Shown: one piece after another, positions 24,352 through 38,180 of the stretch
How the letters are laid out: every line of letters begins with the position of its first letter
Position numbering within the stretch: the stretch's first letter is position 1
NCBI GenBank assembly: GCA_000004695.1
Contig: CM000154.2
Span: 1,984,001 to 2,048,000, forward strand
DNA length: 64,000 nt
Direction of reading: 5' to 3'
DNA from: Dictyostelium discoideum
Lineage: Eukaryota
The notes under the pieces: model-generated
Database searches by the model: none
Told to the model about the DNA's origin: nothing
The model's input: the letters and a program-made list of their open reading frames with translations, nothing else
Program-made: the position numbers and the translations under genes

Positions 24352-25608
24352 AATATATTAAATATTTATTTAATTATAGATATTTTTGAAGAACCAGCAA
24401 AAAGAATTGATAATCATTTTAGAAATTTAATTGGATCAAAATCATCAATTGGTTCAAATTTATCACCACAAAATGCAAATAATCAATATTTTGATATATT
24501 GAATGAGAGTGGATCGTCATTGAATGCATCAAGTGATTATTTTACACCATTCAATATATCATCATTAAATTTCTCCATAGAGTTGGGAGCCAATAGAAGA
24601 GAGTGTAATCCAATGTCACCAAGTGAATGGTATTCCTATTTCGATGATGAAGGTAGAATTTGTTTAGCGAATCAACAGATTCTATTGAAAAAGATATTCT
24701 ATGGTGGTATTGAAGAATCAATTCGTCAAGAGGTTTGGCCATTCCTATTGGGAGTTTATTCATTCGATTCGACTTATTCCTCAAGAGAGGTTGTAAAATA
24801 TGAAAAAACTCAACAATATCAAACCGTTAAAAGACAATGGGAATCGATATCTTGTGAACAAGAGAGTAGATTCTCAAAGTATCAATCTAGAAAATTGTTA
24901 ATTCAAAAGGATGTTATTAGAACCGATCGTTTGCATCCAATGTTTATTCAGGGTGAGGATGATATCGATAGCAATGAGAATCTACGTCTAATGAGGGATG
25001 TCCTCTTGACTTATTCTTTCTTTAATTTCGATATTGGTTATGTTCAAGGTATGAGTGATTTACTCTCACCAATCATCTCGGTTATGGGTGGTGTCTCAAA
25101 AGAGGTGGAATGTTTTTGGTGTTTCAAAGGTTTAATGGATAGATTGGAGAGTAATTTTCATAAGGATCAAAATGGTATGCATCATCAATTATCTACACTT
25201 TCAAAGTTATTGAAATTCATCGATTTGGAACTTTACACTCATTTAGAGGCAAATAATGGTGGTAATATGTACTTTTTCTTTCAATCGGTTTTAATTTGTT
25301 TCAAGAGGGAATTCCCATTTCATGATGTACTCACACTTTGGGAAATACTTTGGAGTAATTATATGACAAAGAATTTACCAATCTTTATGTGTCTATCAAT
25401 TTTAATCAAAGAAAGAAATCAAATTTTAGATGAAAATATGGCTTTTGATCAAATCTTGAAATTAATCAATGAAAAAGCAAATAGAATGGATTTGGAAGAC
25501 ATTCTAGTCGATGCTGAGTCTATGGTTAGATATTTCATAATTAAACAAATGTCAATTGATACCGATAAAAGTTTAATTAAATTAAAAGAATCAATTTCAA
25601 TTTATTAA
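22806..25608 (+). CDS. TBC-domain Rab GTPase-activating protein (TBC1D15/Gyp7-like). Exons 22806..22817, 22906..23330, 23462..24285, 24380..25608
   Basis: Seen in sequence: a 4-codon first exon (ATGAACACAAAT) then GTAAGT; AG at 22904-05 opens RVLFSKENVFVYPPEIEKG...FFPFFFEHGG (TBC1D15 N-terminal domain); a GTAAGT donor at 23331 (phase 2); AG at 23460-61 restores the frame of ORF 23532; a GTAAGT donor at 24286 (phase 1); AG at 24378-79 joins the ORF 24499 frame. The TBC domain shows the IRTDR arginine finger and YVQGM glutamine finger. Confidence 0.7.
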
Positions 25609-25817
25609 AACAACTTATATAAATATAATAAATTTTTTTTTTTTTAATCATTTTATTACTTTTTTATTTTATTATTTTTTTATTTGTTTTTTTTAAAATT
25701 CTTTTAAGTAGAAATTTTTAAAATAGAAAAAAAAAAAAAAAAAAAATTTAAATATGGAAACTATTTTATTAAAACTAAAATTTCTATTTAAAGGATTAGA
25801 AATTTTTAAAATAGAAT

Positions 25818-25875
25818 AATTTATTTAAAAATTGACCCCCTCACATTCATAGTAAAATATTAAAATAAAATTAAT

Positions 25876-25934
<59 letters not shown>

Positions 25935-26429
25935 AAAATAAGGTTGTTTTAAAATAATTTAAAATAGTTTTAAAGAGAAAATATCTTTTTTTTTGTAAAA
26001 TAAAATTTAAAATTTATCATTGCTTTTATTAAAATTTTATAATATTTTATTTTTAAAATAAAAAAAACCTAAAAATTTAAGTAAATGTATACGTCATCAT
26101 ATTAAATAATTTTTTTTTTTTTTTAATAGTAAAAAGTGACACAATATTTGCAACATTCTTTTTATTTCTTTTCTTCAAAAAAAGTTCAGAGAAGATATTT
26201 TTTTATTGAAAAAAAAAAATGATTAGAATTTTCAAAAAAAAAAAAAATCTTTATATAAAAAATTGTTTTTCTTGATATTTCCCCATTTATGAAAGATCAT
26301 TGTAATATATTTTACAAATTTTGAGAAATTATGGGATGTTAAAAAAAAAAAAAACTCCTTTTTTAATACATTCTAACCCTGAAAAAATATTTAGGATATT
26401 TTTTTAGGAGTTTAACAAAAAATAAGATA

Positions 26430-26460
<31 letters not shown>

Positions 26461-26523
26461 TTAATTGTATAATTTTAATATTTTACTATGAATGTGAGGG
26501 GGCAATCTTTAAATAAATTAAAT
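25818..26523. mobile_element. putative non-autonomous DNA transposon (MITE-like, ~0.7 kb) bounded by ~48-bp terminal inverted repeats. No ORF
   Basis: Seen in sequence: aatttatttaaaaattgaccccctcacattcatagtaaaatattaaaa at 25818..25866 is the reverse complement of 26474..26523 (tttaatttatttaaagattgccccctcacattcatagtaaaatattaaaa) with 2-3 mismatches. The interior is AT-rich and non-coding. No clear target-site duplication was seen. Confidence 0.35.
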
Positions 26524-26766
26524 TCACCATCGAATATATTAAAAAAAAAAAAAAAAAAAAATTAATCAAAATTTTATTTAGAATTTTATTCTTTTATTTT
26601 TTTTTATACTTTTTAGATTTTTTTTTTTTCTTAACATAATTTAAATTAAAAAAGTTCAATATAATAATTTAATAATTCGAATAATAATACAAATAATAAT
26701 ACAAATAATAATAATAAAAATAATAAAATAAATTAATTTTAAAAAAAAAAAATTAATTGCAATAAA

Positions 26767-27573
26767 ATGAATAATAATGCTAAATATTCATTTATTATTT
26801 TTTTAATAATTTTAATTTTAAATTTTTGTAATTGCCAAAATTATCAATATTTTGATTTTACAGATCATTCAAAATTAAATACATATGCAATAAATTCACA
26901 AATGGATCAATGTAATGTTAACGTTTTTTTTATGGCCTATACTGAAAATAACCCTAATGGTCCACCAGAAATAATAAATTTTATGTCAAAAGGTCCAAGT
27001 CCTTCAATTTCTCAAAATGTTATCTCAAGAAACCTAACAACTGTTTTTTATTCAGTTTTGTTAACTTTTGAATTTGGTGATTTGGAAGCCACATTTTTTG
27101 TTGACGATTCATATAATAATATAATTTATAATTGTTCTTGTAAAAGTATAGATTTTTATTATTATTATTATTATCTTTCTTTTTTCTTTTTTTTTTTTTT
27201 TTTAATTTATTAATTATTCATTTCCAAAATTTAATTTTTAATTTTTTTTTTTTTTTTTTAAACAAAAAAAGAAATTAATATTACAGATTTATCAATAGAA
27301 TATCAAACACCAGTTTTTTATACAGAATATACTAGTTTTGCTACTGTCTTTAAAGTTAAAGGTCTTCAATATCCATTAATTTTGGTACACGCCTATGGCC
27401 TTTATTCAATAACACCGATGGATAATTATTATTATTTATTAACAATAAATTCAAATTATTTTTTATATGAATCAAATGATTTATTAATTTCAATTTTGTT
27501 CCCAAATGATGAATCACTTGATTTTTCTTTAAATTTTTTTAGTAAGAATTATTAATAACTGACATTAGTTTAT

Positions 27574-27614
<41 letters not shown>

Positions 27615-28387
27615 TAACTGATTTTTTTTTTTTTTTATTTTTTTAAAAATTATAGTATCTACATCAACATTATATAGTGACATAATTAGTGACTTTAAAT
27701 TATACCCAGAAACTAAAAATTATACTGAAATTGCATTTAAACACGATCCATTGGTTACTTTTAGATCAGTTTTTTCAAAACCAATTCCACAAGTGTTTTT
27801 ACTATCTCAATCATCTTTTTTATTCTTAGCCAAACCAATTTATGGAACACCAGGAAACTTGACATATATTGCTTCAACAGTACAGACAACTGTTCCTCAA
27901 AACATCTCTTTGTTTTATCAAATTCCAGACAACACTTTTAAAAATATTTTTATCACTGAATTAATAACAAATAGTAAGTTATCTTTTATTTTTATTTTAT
28001 TTTATTTTATTTTTTTTCTTTATTTAAAATAAAAAGGTATTAATAAGTAATTACTTATAGTTGACACAGGGTCCAACATAAACAACAGTTTTCAAAAGAC
28101 TTTTATTTATAATAATCAAATATTCACATTTGAGTTATCAGATTTATTCAATTATGATTCAAAATGTTACTTTTTTTCTGGTAATTATTTAGGAACGGAT
28201 AATTCATATACCATAGTCAATGGTTTAACATTTCCATTTGGATTTGTAAATGGAAATAATAATGTATACAAAATGAATTTTACTACATTATTACCATTTG
28301 GTTTTGGTAGTGGATTTATTCTATCAATACATGAACCAGTTTCGGGAACCTCGGTTTCTTATCAAAAAATTCCATCTCTAAATAGTA

Positions 28388-28483
<96 letters not shown>

Positions 28484-31400
28484 TAAATTATTATAGATAA
28501 ACTAACCAAAAATTTTTATTTTATAAAAAAGTTGTAAATAATTCATTAACTTGTGAAATAATTTCTTTTGAATCAATTTATTTAAATGAATTTAAATTTT
28601 TATTAAGATTTCATGTTGTTTCATATTATGGTATTTCTTTGATATCAATTCCAACATTTAGACCAACATTTATTGGCAATGAAAATTTAGTATCAGGTAC
28701 AATTTATAATGGAGTTTGGGAATATATATATTTTGGTGAAGAAATAACTTTGGATAGAATTAAAATCATTTCACAATCTGGTCAAATTAAAGAAATTAAT
28801 TGTGGTGAACCTTTTTCAATAATAAATCCAAAACAAATTATAACAATTTCTAAAATTAAATTTAATGGTAATTATTTCATATATATTAATTCTTGTAACT
28901 ATACCACCACCTCCATCGTCATCACCATAACCACACCATCACTACTTTAATATTTATTAATAATGTTTATTATTATTTTTATTTAGGATTTAATTATAGT
29001 AATGATTTAAGTGATATATCATTCTTGTATAATAATGTAAATGTAACTAATCAAATGGTTTCAAATATTATGTATATAAACTTTACAAATATTGAAAAAT
29101 ATAAATATCAAACTATTGGTTTATATTTATTGGATTCAAAATCATTAAGGGATGAAAATTTCGATGGTTCTTTAGTTGGAAATTTTGATAAAAACATTTT
29201 TGGAAGTAAATATTATTTTTCAGATTTTGACCCAATTAATAATAGATTCCAAGTTAAATTTAATATTCCAGCAAATATTTTACCTGGAAAGTTAGATTTC
29301 ATATTAGCATTTTCTCAATCATTACGTATATATAGTCCATCTCTACCTAATAATTTCCAATTAAATATTACTTCATCATGTAAGTTTTTTTTTTTTTTTT
29401 ATTTTTTTTTTTTTATTTTTTTTTTTTTTCAATAATTTATTAATTCAATTTTTATTATTTTATTATTAAAAAGTAATTGATATTCAAGGACCAATTTTCA
29501 CAAATATTATTAAAAATCCAAATGGTAAATTTGGATGGATTGTTACTATTGAAGATTCAATAAATGGTTTAGATTATGGTATCATTTCAATATTTGGTTT
29601 ATTGGATAGTTCAACATACAATTTCACAATAAAACCATCAAATGCAATTAATGGTAATAAATGGAAAGGAGATTATGAAATATTTATTCCATATGATTCA
29701 GTATCAAAATGTATTTCTCAACAATATATGATTAAATTTGTTGAGCTTTTTGATAGTCAAGGTAATAGCGCTACATTTATAAAATATTTAAGAACAAGAG
29801 ATGGTTCAACAATTGTTAAAACATTGACAAATCCATTTATTAATTTTATGAATGATATAAATATTATTAAAATTAATTATACATGTCCAAATGAGGTAAT
29901 TAGTTCAGAATCACCACCTTCATTAATATCATTCACAATATCAAAAAGTTCAATTGATGTAGGTTTGATTAATACCGTTGATTTTAATTTCCAAGTAAAT
30001 GATTTGCTTGGAATTAAAGATTACCAATATCCAATAGTTTATTTAACAACTAGTAAACTTGATATAATTGAATGTGTTTCAAATTTAACTTCAAAATTAA
30101 CAAATCAATTTAAATGTTCAATTGAAATTCCAATTGGATTTGGATATCCAAATGGAATTTTAGTATCTGTTTATGGTTTTATAAATAATGGTGGTTTTTA
30201 TAGTGGCTATTGTTCTCAACAATTACTTGAAATGAATTTTGCAAGTTTCATATCAACTAATCAAACCTATACAATTAATCAACCATATATTAAAAGTTCA
30301 AATAAATTTTCCAATCAAGGTGGTACTTTATGGATTTATGGAAGAGGTTTTGCAATTGATTCAATTGTTGAGATTAAATTTAAAGATAATGGTTTCACTT
30401 CATTTACACAACAACAAACTAATTTAATTTATTCAAGTGCTATTTCAATTGAAAATGTTAGATCAACAAATCAACCATTTGTAGTAATAGTTAAATCATC
30501 TTCAAAAATTTCAAATGAATTTATAATTAATCCAATTCTTTTCAATTTTAATTATACAGATCCATCATCTACATCACCTTTACCTACAAATCCACCAAAG
30601 AAATGTTTGGGTAATCCAGAATGTGGTGGTGTAAATAATGGTTATTGTAATAATGGTATTGGATGCGTATGCTACACTCCATGGGTAGGTGAAGATTGCA
30701 CTTCAAAAGTTATTGTTATTCCTCAGCCATCGATTAATACAACAAACCCTACAACTGATATACCAATTAATGTTACAGATTCAACTCAAAATAATCTATA
30801 TAGATCATTAATTTCATTAGTATCATTAAGAGAATTAGATTTCAATAATAAACAAGTAAAATTATTTAATTTTGAAAAATGGGTATATTCAGAAATTAAT
30901 AATACAACAAACAAATATTTAACTACAATCTCAAATAAAAATAGTGTTGGTGAAATAGTTGAAACGAATATCACAGTAGTATTACAATGGTTTGAAAAGA
31001 ATGATACAGTAATATTTGCAGGTCAAACATTAAGAATGAATCCATCATCAATTAAATATACAGTTAATATTACAAGTTATTCATTCGCTCAAAATCTTAA
31101 CCATCTTCAATTGATTATGTCTGCATCATTACAATCCTCTAAAACTGATGATATATGCTCTTCAAAATTATTTGGTAATACTAGCGATGGCGATAATTCA
31201 AACTTTATGAAACTAAAAGTAAATGATCATTCAGTATATGGTAGATTTATTAAACGTGCAATTGTTGATAATAAAATTATCTCTGTCGATAATAATATAT
31301 TAGATGATTATTCAACGGATACAAATTCAAATTCTCATACATCTGAAACTTTTATTGGTATCTCAATTCCATTTTATAACTATAATGTATTGGTTGATCC

Positions 31401-31650
31401 TGATTTTTCAGTTTTAGTCGATTCTAATCCTTCATCTTCAAATGATGAAAATTCAATTTGCACATCTTCTTCAAAATTATCTAGTGCTCAATTAGCTGGC
31501 ATTATAATTGGTTCGGTTGCATTTGCTGCTATATTAGTATTTATTGCATCATATGCAATTATTCAAGGTAGAAAAGAAAGAAAATATTTAAATGATATGA
31601 ATAATAAATTATCATCAATGAATAAAAATGGAACTTCTGGGGGTGATTGA
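26767..31650 (+). CDS. secreted/type-I membrane protein, paralog A: signal peptide, IPT/TIG-like domains, EGF-like module, C-terminal TM (Tgr-like surface protein family). Exons 26767..27145, 27272..27541, 27656..27973, 28061..28384, 28532..28867, 28987..29379, 29474..31650
   Basis: Seen in sequence: all six introns are phase 1, with GT donors (GTATAG, GTAAGA, GTAAGT, GTAATT, GTAATT, GTAAGT) and AG acceptors. The frames agree with ORF-track ORFs 26767, 27751, 28273, 28639, 29025 and 29602. QPYIKSSNKFSNQGGTLWIYGRGF is an IPT/TIG signature. CLGNPECGGVNNGYCNNGIGCVCYTPWVGEDC is EGF-like. GIIIGSVAFAAILVFIASYAII is a TM helix followed by a short basic tail. Confidence 0.6.
28386..28492. repeat. (TAT)n microsatellite (~35 units) filling intron 4 of paralog A
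   Basis: GTAATT donor followed by tattattattatt... up to the acceptor region; it is translated as poly-Tyr in ORF 28273..28500. Confidence 0.8.
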
Positions 31651-32291
31651 AAAAAAAAAAAAAAAGAAATCTAAAAATAAAAAATTAAAAATAAAAAAAA
31701 TAAAAAATTAGAAAATAAAAAATTAAAAATAAAAAAAAATAATATTATGATAACAATAAAAATTAAACTTTTATTATAATTGCCCCCAAAAAAATTTTTT
31801 ATTTTATTTTTAATAAAAATTATTAACCCATTAAAAAATTTTTTTTAGCCTATACAAATTCAAAACCAATTAAAAAAAAAAAAAAAATATCTTTTTTTTA
31901 TTTTTTTTTTTATTTTTTTTTTTTCTTTTTGATTTAATCAAAAATATCTTTCTCATAGTCAAAATCAAAAGAAAAAAAAAAAATATAAAAAAAAATCATA
32001 TTATCGTCATACTCGAATCTCTTTATTTTTCAATAATATTTAGATATTTAATAAAAATCTAAATTTTTTTTTTTTTTCTAATATTTTTTTTTTTTTTTGG
32101 TAGACAGAACCATATTAATTGGTATTATTTTTGTTTATTTTTTTAAAATGATTTTTCTTGTTTTTAATTTTTTACTATTTTTTTTATTTTCTTTTTTATT
32201 TAATATCTAAAAAAAAAAAAAAAAAAATAAAAAAAAAGAAAAAAAAAAAAAAAAAAAAAATCACCTATTATCCAAAAAATACCAAACTAAT

Positions 32292-33470
32292 ATGAAACAA
32301 ATTTTAAAGTCATTATTAATATTTTTAATATTTTGGATAAACAATTTTTGTTTATCTCAAAGATCCTATGTTTTTTTAGACTATACAGATCCATCTACAT
32401 TAAATACATATCCTCCAACATCAAATGATGACCAATGCAAATATTTTATTAAAATTTTAGTATCAGGACAACTTCCTCCTGACTCATTAGATTTCGATGG
32501 AAATAATATAATATATCCAAATATTGTATTAGCCTCAAATAATGAAACAGCTTCTTTATTCACTGTTAGTTTTATTAGTGAATATGGGAATTATTTTATA
32601 TCTTTAGGTGTAAATCCTTGGGGAGAAATCTCCTATAATTATAGTTGTATAGGTATTTTTTAATTTTATTTTATTTTATTTTATTGTATTTTTTAATATA
32701 AAATGTGATATTAATTTTACTTTTTTTTAATAATTTAAATTTTATTTTTTAGAAATTGATAAATCAAAAATAAATGTTGAAACAAATAAATTATATTTTT
32801 CAGAGTATACAAATTTTGCATCATTTTTTAAATTAGATGGTTTAATATATCCTTTGGAATTATCATATGATCAGAATTTATATTCAATTTCAAGTTTAGG
32901 AAATTATTATTATTTAGTTAAATTCAAAACAATTGCATATATTAACTCTCAAACGAATCCATGGAGAGTTGATATTTTATTTCCAGGGTCAACAATGATA
33001 TCTATTTTTTTTAATGATTATAATGGTAAATGTTTTGAAAAACTAGAATAAATAAATAATATTATAATTTTTAAATAACTTTTTTTTTTTTTTTTTAAAA
33101 TTCCAATTCTATATAGAATCTATACCAGAAATAGATTCTCAAGAGATTGTAGATATTCAGTTACGTCCAACAAATGAATTTTATTCAGAGATGGGTTTTC
33201 AACATGGGCCATTAACAACTTTCAAATCAACTTCAAAAGCATTACAAACTCAATTATTTTTTTGGGATATGCAAGGTTCATTGCACTTAATGGCAAAGCC
33301 ATTATTTGGTATACCTGGTAATTTAACATACACCGTTTTAACTTTTCCATCTCTTCAAAATATAAATTATTCATTATCCTACCCAAATAATAATAATGGT
33401 TTTACAAAAGGTTTTGTTAATTCTCTTTTAACAAATGGTAAGTTAGCTTTTTTTTAAAAAATTTTATTTT

Positions 33471-33527
<57 letters not shown>

Positions 33528-36500
33528 TTTTTTTTTTATTAAAAAATTAAAATTAACACTTTTTTATATAGTTATATATGGAGGTAGTATTAATGATGGC
33601 GCTGCAACATTATCCCACTATTATGATAACAGTTCACTGTTAAATATTTACAGTGGAGGTTATTTTGGTTTAAAAAATTATAGTTCTAAATATTTTTATT
33701 ACAGTTTTCAACAACGTTCCTCAGAAGAAATAGGAGTTAGTTTACCATTTCCATTTGGATTTGTGTGGGGTAATAACAGTTATTACCATATGAATGTTTC
33801 AAAGTTATCATCATTATATTTAGCAGATGAATTTACTTTGATTTTTAAAGATCCTATTACTGGTCAAGAGATGAAATTAGCCAATATTATACCTGTTAAT
33901 ATAGGTAAATAAATTATTTTTAATCTTTTTTAATATTGAAATTAACCTTTTTACTAATTTATTTTTTTTCTTACAAGTCACAAATTATGATTTTCCTGAA
34001 ATAATAAATTTTCAAACGATTGATATTGGTAAATTCAAATTTATAGTAAGAATTAATATAAAATCACAATGGGGTGTGAATTTCTTTTCTATTGATCCAA
34101 TTGAACAAATTAAAATTATTATAAATCATGAACATTTAATTAGTGGTACAATATATAATGGAATTTGGGAATTTACACTTAATGGGTTGATTGAACAATA
34201 TGAAAAAATTACATTGGTCACTTTATGTGACAGCTTTCATTTGTTTTATTTTGGTGATTTATTCTCAATTAATTATCCATCAGAAACTATAAATTTACCA
34301 AAAACAAAATTTAAGAGTATGTAATTTACATTAAATAGATATTAAATTATTTAATTATTATTTAAAAAATATTAAATTTAAAATAATTATTTATTTATTT
34401 ATTTTTTAATTAGATTTCAATTACATTAAAGATTTGAAAAATATTTCTTTCTTTTATAATAATATTTCAGCAACAAATCAAACAATTTCAAATATTATGT
34501 TTTTAAATTTTACAAATATTAATGATTATAAAGATCAAACTATTGGTTTAAATCTAATAGATTCGAAATCTTTAAGAGATTTAACCTATGATAGTTATTT
34601 TGGAGCAGGTGGTAGTTTAAATGACGCTCAACTAAAACAATATTATTTTGCAGAGTTTGATTCAGTAAATAATCAATTCCAAATTCGTTTTAATATACCT
34701 GCAAATACAATTCCAGGAAGATTAGATTTTGTATTATCATTTTCAAACAAAGTTCATATATATAGTCCATCTTTACCAAATAGTTATCAACTATATGTAT
34801 ATCCATTAAGTGAGTTTTATTTTAGTTATTTACAAAAAAGAACAATTGTCTTATTTTATTTTATATTAATATTGTTTATTTTTTTTATTATTAAAAGATA
34901 TTGATATACAAGGCCCAGTTTTTACAAATATTATTAAAAATCCAAATGGTAATTTAGGATGGCTTGTTACAATTGAAGACAGTGTCAATGGTTTGGATTA
35001 TGGTGTAATTTCAGTTTATGGTTTAATTGATAGCTCGACATATAACTTTACAATTAAACCTTCAAATGCGGTTAAAGGTGATAAATGGAAAGGAGATTAT
35101 GAAATTTATCTTTCAAATTCTATTTGCATTACACAAGATTACATAATTAAATTTGTACAACTTTTTGACACTCAAGGAAATAGTGCTACCTTTATAAAAT
35201 ATATGGATTTATCAGATTCAGGTCCTATATTTTTTAGAACTATTACAAATCCATTCATATATTTTTACAATGATACAAATATTAATAAGATTTCCATTAC
35301 TTGTAAAAATGAAATTTTTGGTTCAAATTCTATACCACCACAATTATTATCATTTTCTTCCTCAACAAGCCAATTGGATGTTGGATTAATCAATAAAGTT
35401 GATTTTGATTTTGATTCATTTGATGATTTAGGTATTAAAGAAAATCAATTCCCAATTGTTTATCTTTCAACAAGAAAATATGAAACCATTCAATGTATTT
35501 CAAGAAACACTTCAATTTTTGATAAATCTACAAGATTTAGATGTTCAATTGAAATTCCAATTGGATTTGGATATCCAAATGGAATTTTATTATCAGTGTA
35601 TGGTTTTATAAATAATGGTGGTTATTTTAGTGGTTTTTGTTCACAACAATTACTTGAAATGAATTTTTCAAATTTTATCTCAACTAATGGCACATTTACA
35701 CTTGATCAACCATATATTAAAAGTTCAAATAAAATTTCAAATCTTGGAGGTAATTTATGGATTTTTGGTAGAGGTTTTGGAGTGAATTGTACTGTTTGGG
35801 TAAGATATATTGATGATATTGGTTTTAATCAATGTGTAACAACAACGATTTATTCAAGTTCAATTTTAATTGCAAGAATTAAACCAACCAATAACTCCTT
35901 TACCATTGTAATTAAAACTCAATCTACAAAGTCAAATGAATTCATCATCAATCCAATTGGATTTTATTATAATTATACTGCACCTACTTCACCTCCTTTA
36001 CCTACAAATCCACCAAAGAAATGTTTGGGTAATCCAGAATGTGGTGGAAGAAATAATGGTTATTGTAATAATGGTATTGGATGCGTATGCTACACTCCAT
36101 GGTTAGGTGAAGATTGTACTTCAAAAGTTATTGTTATTCCTCAACCATCAACAAATACAACAAACCCTACAACTGAAATACCAATTAATGGAGGTAATAA
36201 TACAAAGGATAATAATCTATATAGATCATTAATTTCATTAGTATCATTAAGAGAATTAGATTTCAATAATAAACAAGTAAAATTATTTAATTTTGAAAAA
36301 TGGGTATATTCAGAAATTAATAATACAACAAACAAATATTTAACTACAATCTCAAATAAAAATAGTGTTGGTGAAATAGTTGAAACTAATATCACAGTAG
36401 TATTACAATGGTTTGAAAAGAATGATACAGTAATATTTGCAGGTCAAACATTAAGAATGAATCCATCATCAATTAAATATACAGTTAATATTACAAGTTA

Positions 36501-37047
36501 TTCATTCGCTCAAAATCTTAACCATCTTCAATTGATTATGTCTGCATCATTACAATCCTCTAAAACTGATGATATATGCTCTTCAAAATTATTTGGTAAT
36601 ACTAGCGATGGCGATAATTCAAACTTTATGAAACTAAAAGTAAATGATCATTCAGTATATGGTAGATTTATTAAACGTGCTATTGTTGATAATAAAATTA
36701 TCTCTGTCGATAATAGTATTTTAGATGATTCAATAAATCCAGATTCAAATTCTCATAAATCTGAAACATTTATTGGTATCTCAATTCCATTTTATAGTGA
36801 TAGTGTATTGGTTGATCCTGATTTCTCTCTCCTTATCGATAATAGTCCCGCATCTTCAAATGATGAAAATTCAATTTGTGCATCCTCTTCCTCAAAATTA
36901 TCAAAAGTACAAATTGCTGGTATTATAATAGGTTCGGTTGGTTTTACTGCTGTGGCCATAATTTCAACTATTTACATTATTAGAAAAAGAAAAGAACAAC
37001 AAACAATTATAAACAAAATGAAGAGAGTTAGCCAATCAGTGAATTAG
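32292..37047 (+). CDS. paralog B of the same surface-protein family. Exons 32292..32652, 32753..33025, 33117..33437, 33572..33904, 33978..34316, 34414..34809, 34898..37047
   Basis: Same seven-exon, all-phase-1 architecture as paralog A. The frames agree with ORFs 32292, 32854, 33191, 34076, 34434 and 34993. It has a signal peptide MKQILKSLLIFLIFWINNFCLS, an IPT/TIG motif, the EGF-like CLGNPECGGRNNGYCNNGIGCVCYTPWLGEDC, and the TM GIIIGSVGFTAVAIISTIYII. Confidence 0.6.
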
Positions 37048-37391
37048 CCATCAAAAAATAAAAAAATAAAAAAAAAAATAAAAAAAAAAATAAAAAATAA
37101 AAAAAATTAAAAAAAAAATAAAAAAAAAAAAATCTCAACCTACACAGAGAAAACCTCGCACACACTTTCACAAAAACCTCCGAAATCTCAATCCAAAAAA
37201 AAAAAAAAGTGTTTCTATTTTTGCGACCAATCAAAATGAAACTGTTTTTTTTATTTTAATTGTTTTTTTTAATTTGAAAATTTTTTTTTTTTTAGCACAA
37301 TGTCCTATAAGACATTTTTTTTTATTTCAATTGATGTTTTTTTTTTTTTTTTTTTTTCAATATTTTTAAAAGTATTTAATCTTTTTGTAAA

Positions 37392-38131
37392 ATGATAAAG
37401 AATTGTTTAATTTATTCTTTTATTTTTTCATTACTATATTATAATTATTTCATATTTGGAGAAATTTTAAATAACCAAGATTATAACTGTATAAATAATA
37501 TATTTCAAAAAGCTGGTATTAGTACCGAAAATGATACCACTTTAGGTTATTACGATTTTTGTAGCACTAATCACATTGAATGTAATGGTAATAGTGTAAC
37601 TTCAATGTAAGACTAAACAAATAAAAAATAATAGTAATAATAAAAAAAAAAAAAAAAAAAAAAAAAAAGTTGAATTTCCATTGTATTAATAAAATTAAAA
37701 ATATAATAAAAGAACACTACAACAAAATATTGAACCATTATATTATACAGATTTTAATTGTTTTAAAAACCCTTTATACAATGTAAATTTTAATGGATCA
37801 ACTATTTCTCCAGATCTATTCACAACATCTCCAGGGTTTAGTTATAGATTACAATTCTTTTCATGTGCAAACATTTATATTAATCAACCAGTACCTTTAC
37901 AAACAAAAGAAATTTATATAAATAATTTAATTGAAGAATTGAAAACCAATATATCTTTTTCAAAAATCAAATCATTGAATTCCTTTATTATGTATATGAC
38001 AAACCCCTATGTACCATATAATTATCCTTATTTTTTAAATGATGTAGATTTTTACATTCCACTAAACCAATTAGTTATTTATTCTTTAAACGTACCTTCT
38101 TTTACATTTTTAAATCCATCCCAAGTGTAAT

Positions 38132-38180
<49 letters not shown>

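Noticed and set aside
30786-30974. Identical reverse-strand 60-aa ORFs at 30786..30974 and 36141..36395
   Set aside because: They are not genes: they are antisense readings of the identical gene-conversion tract shared by paralogs A and B. They are useful only as evidence of that identity.
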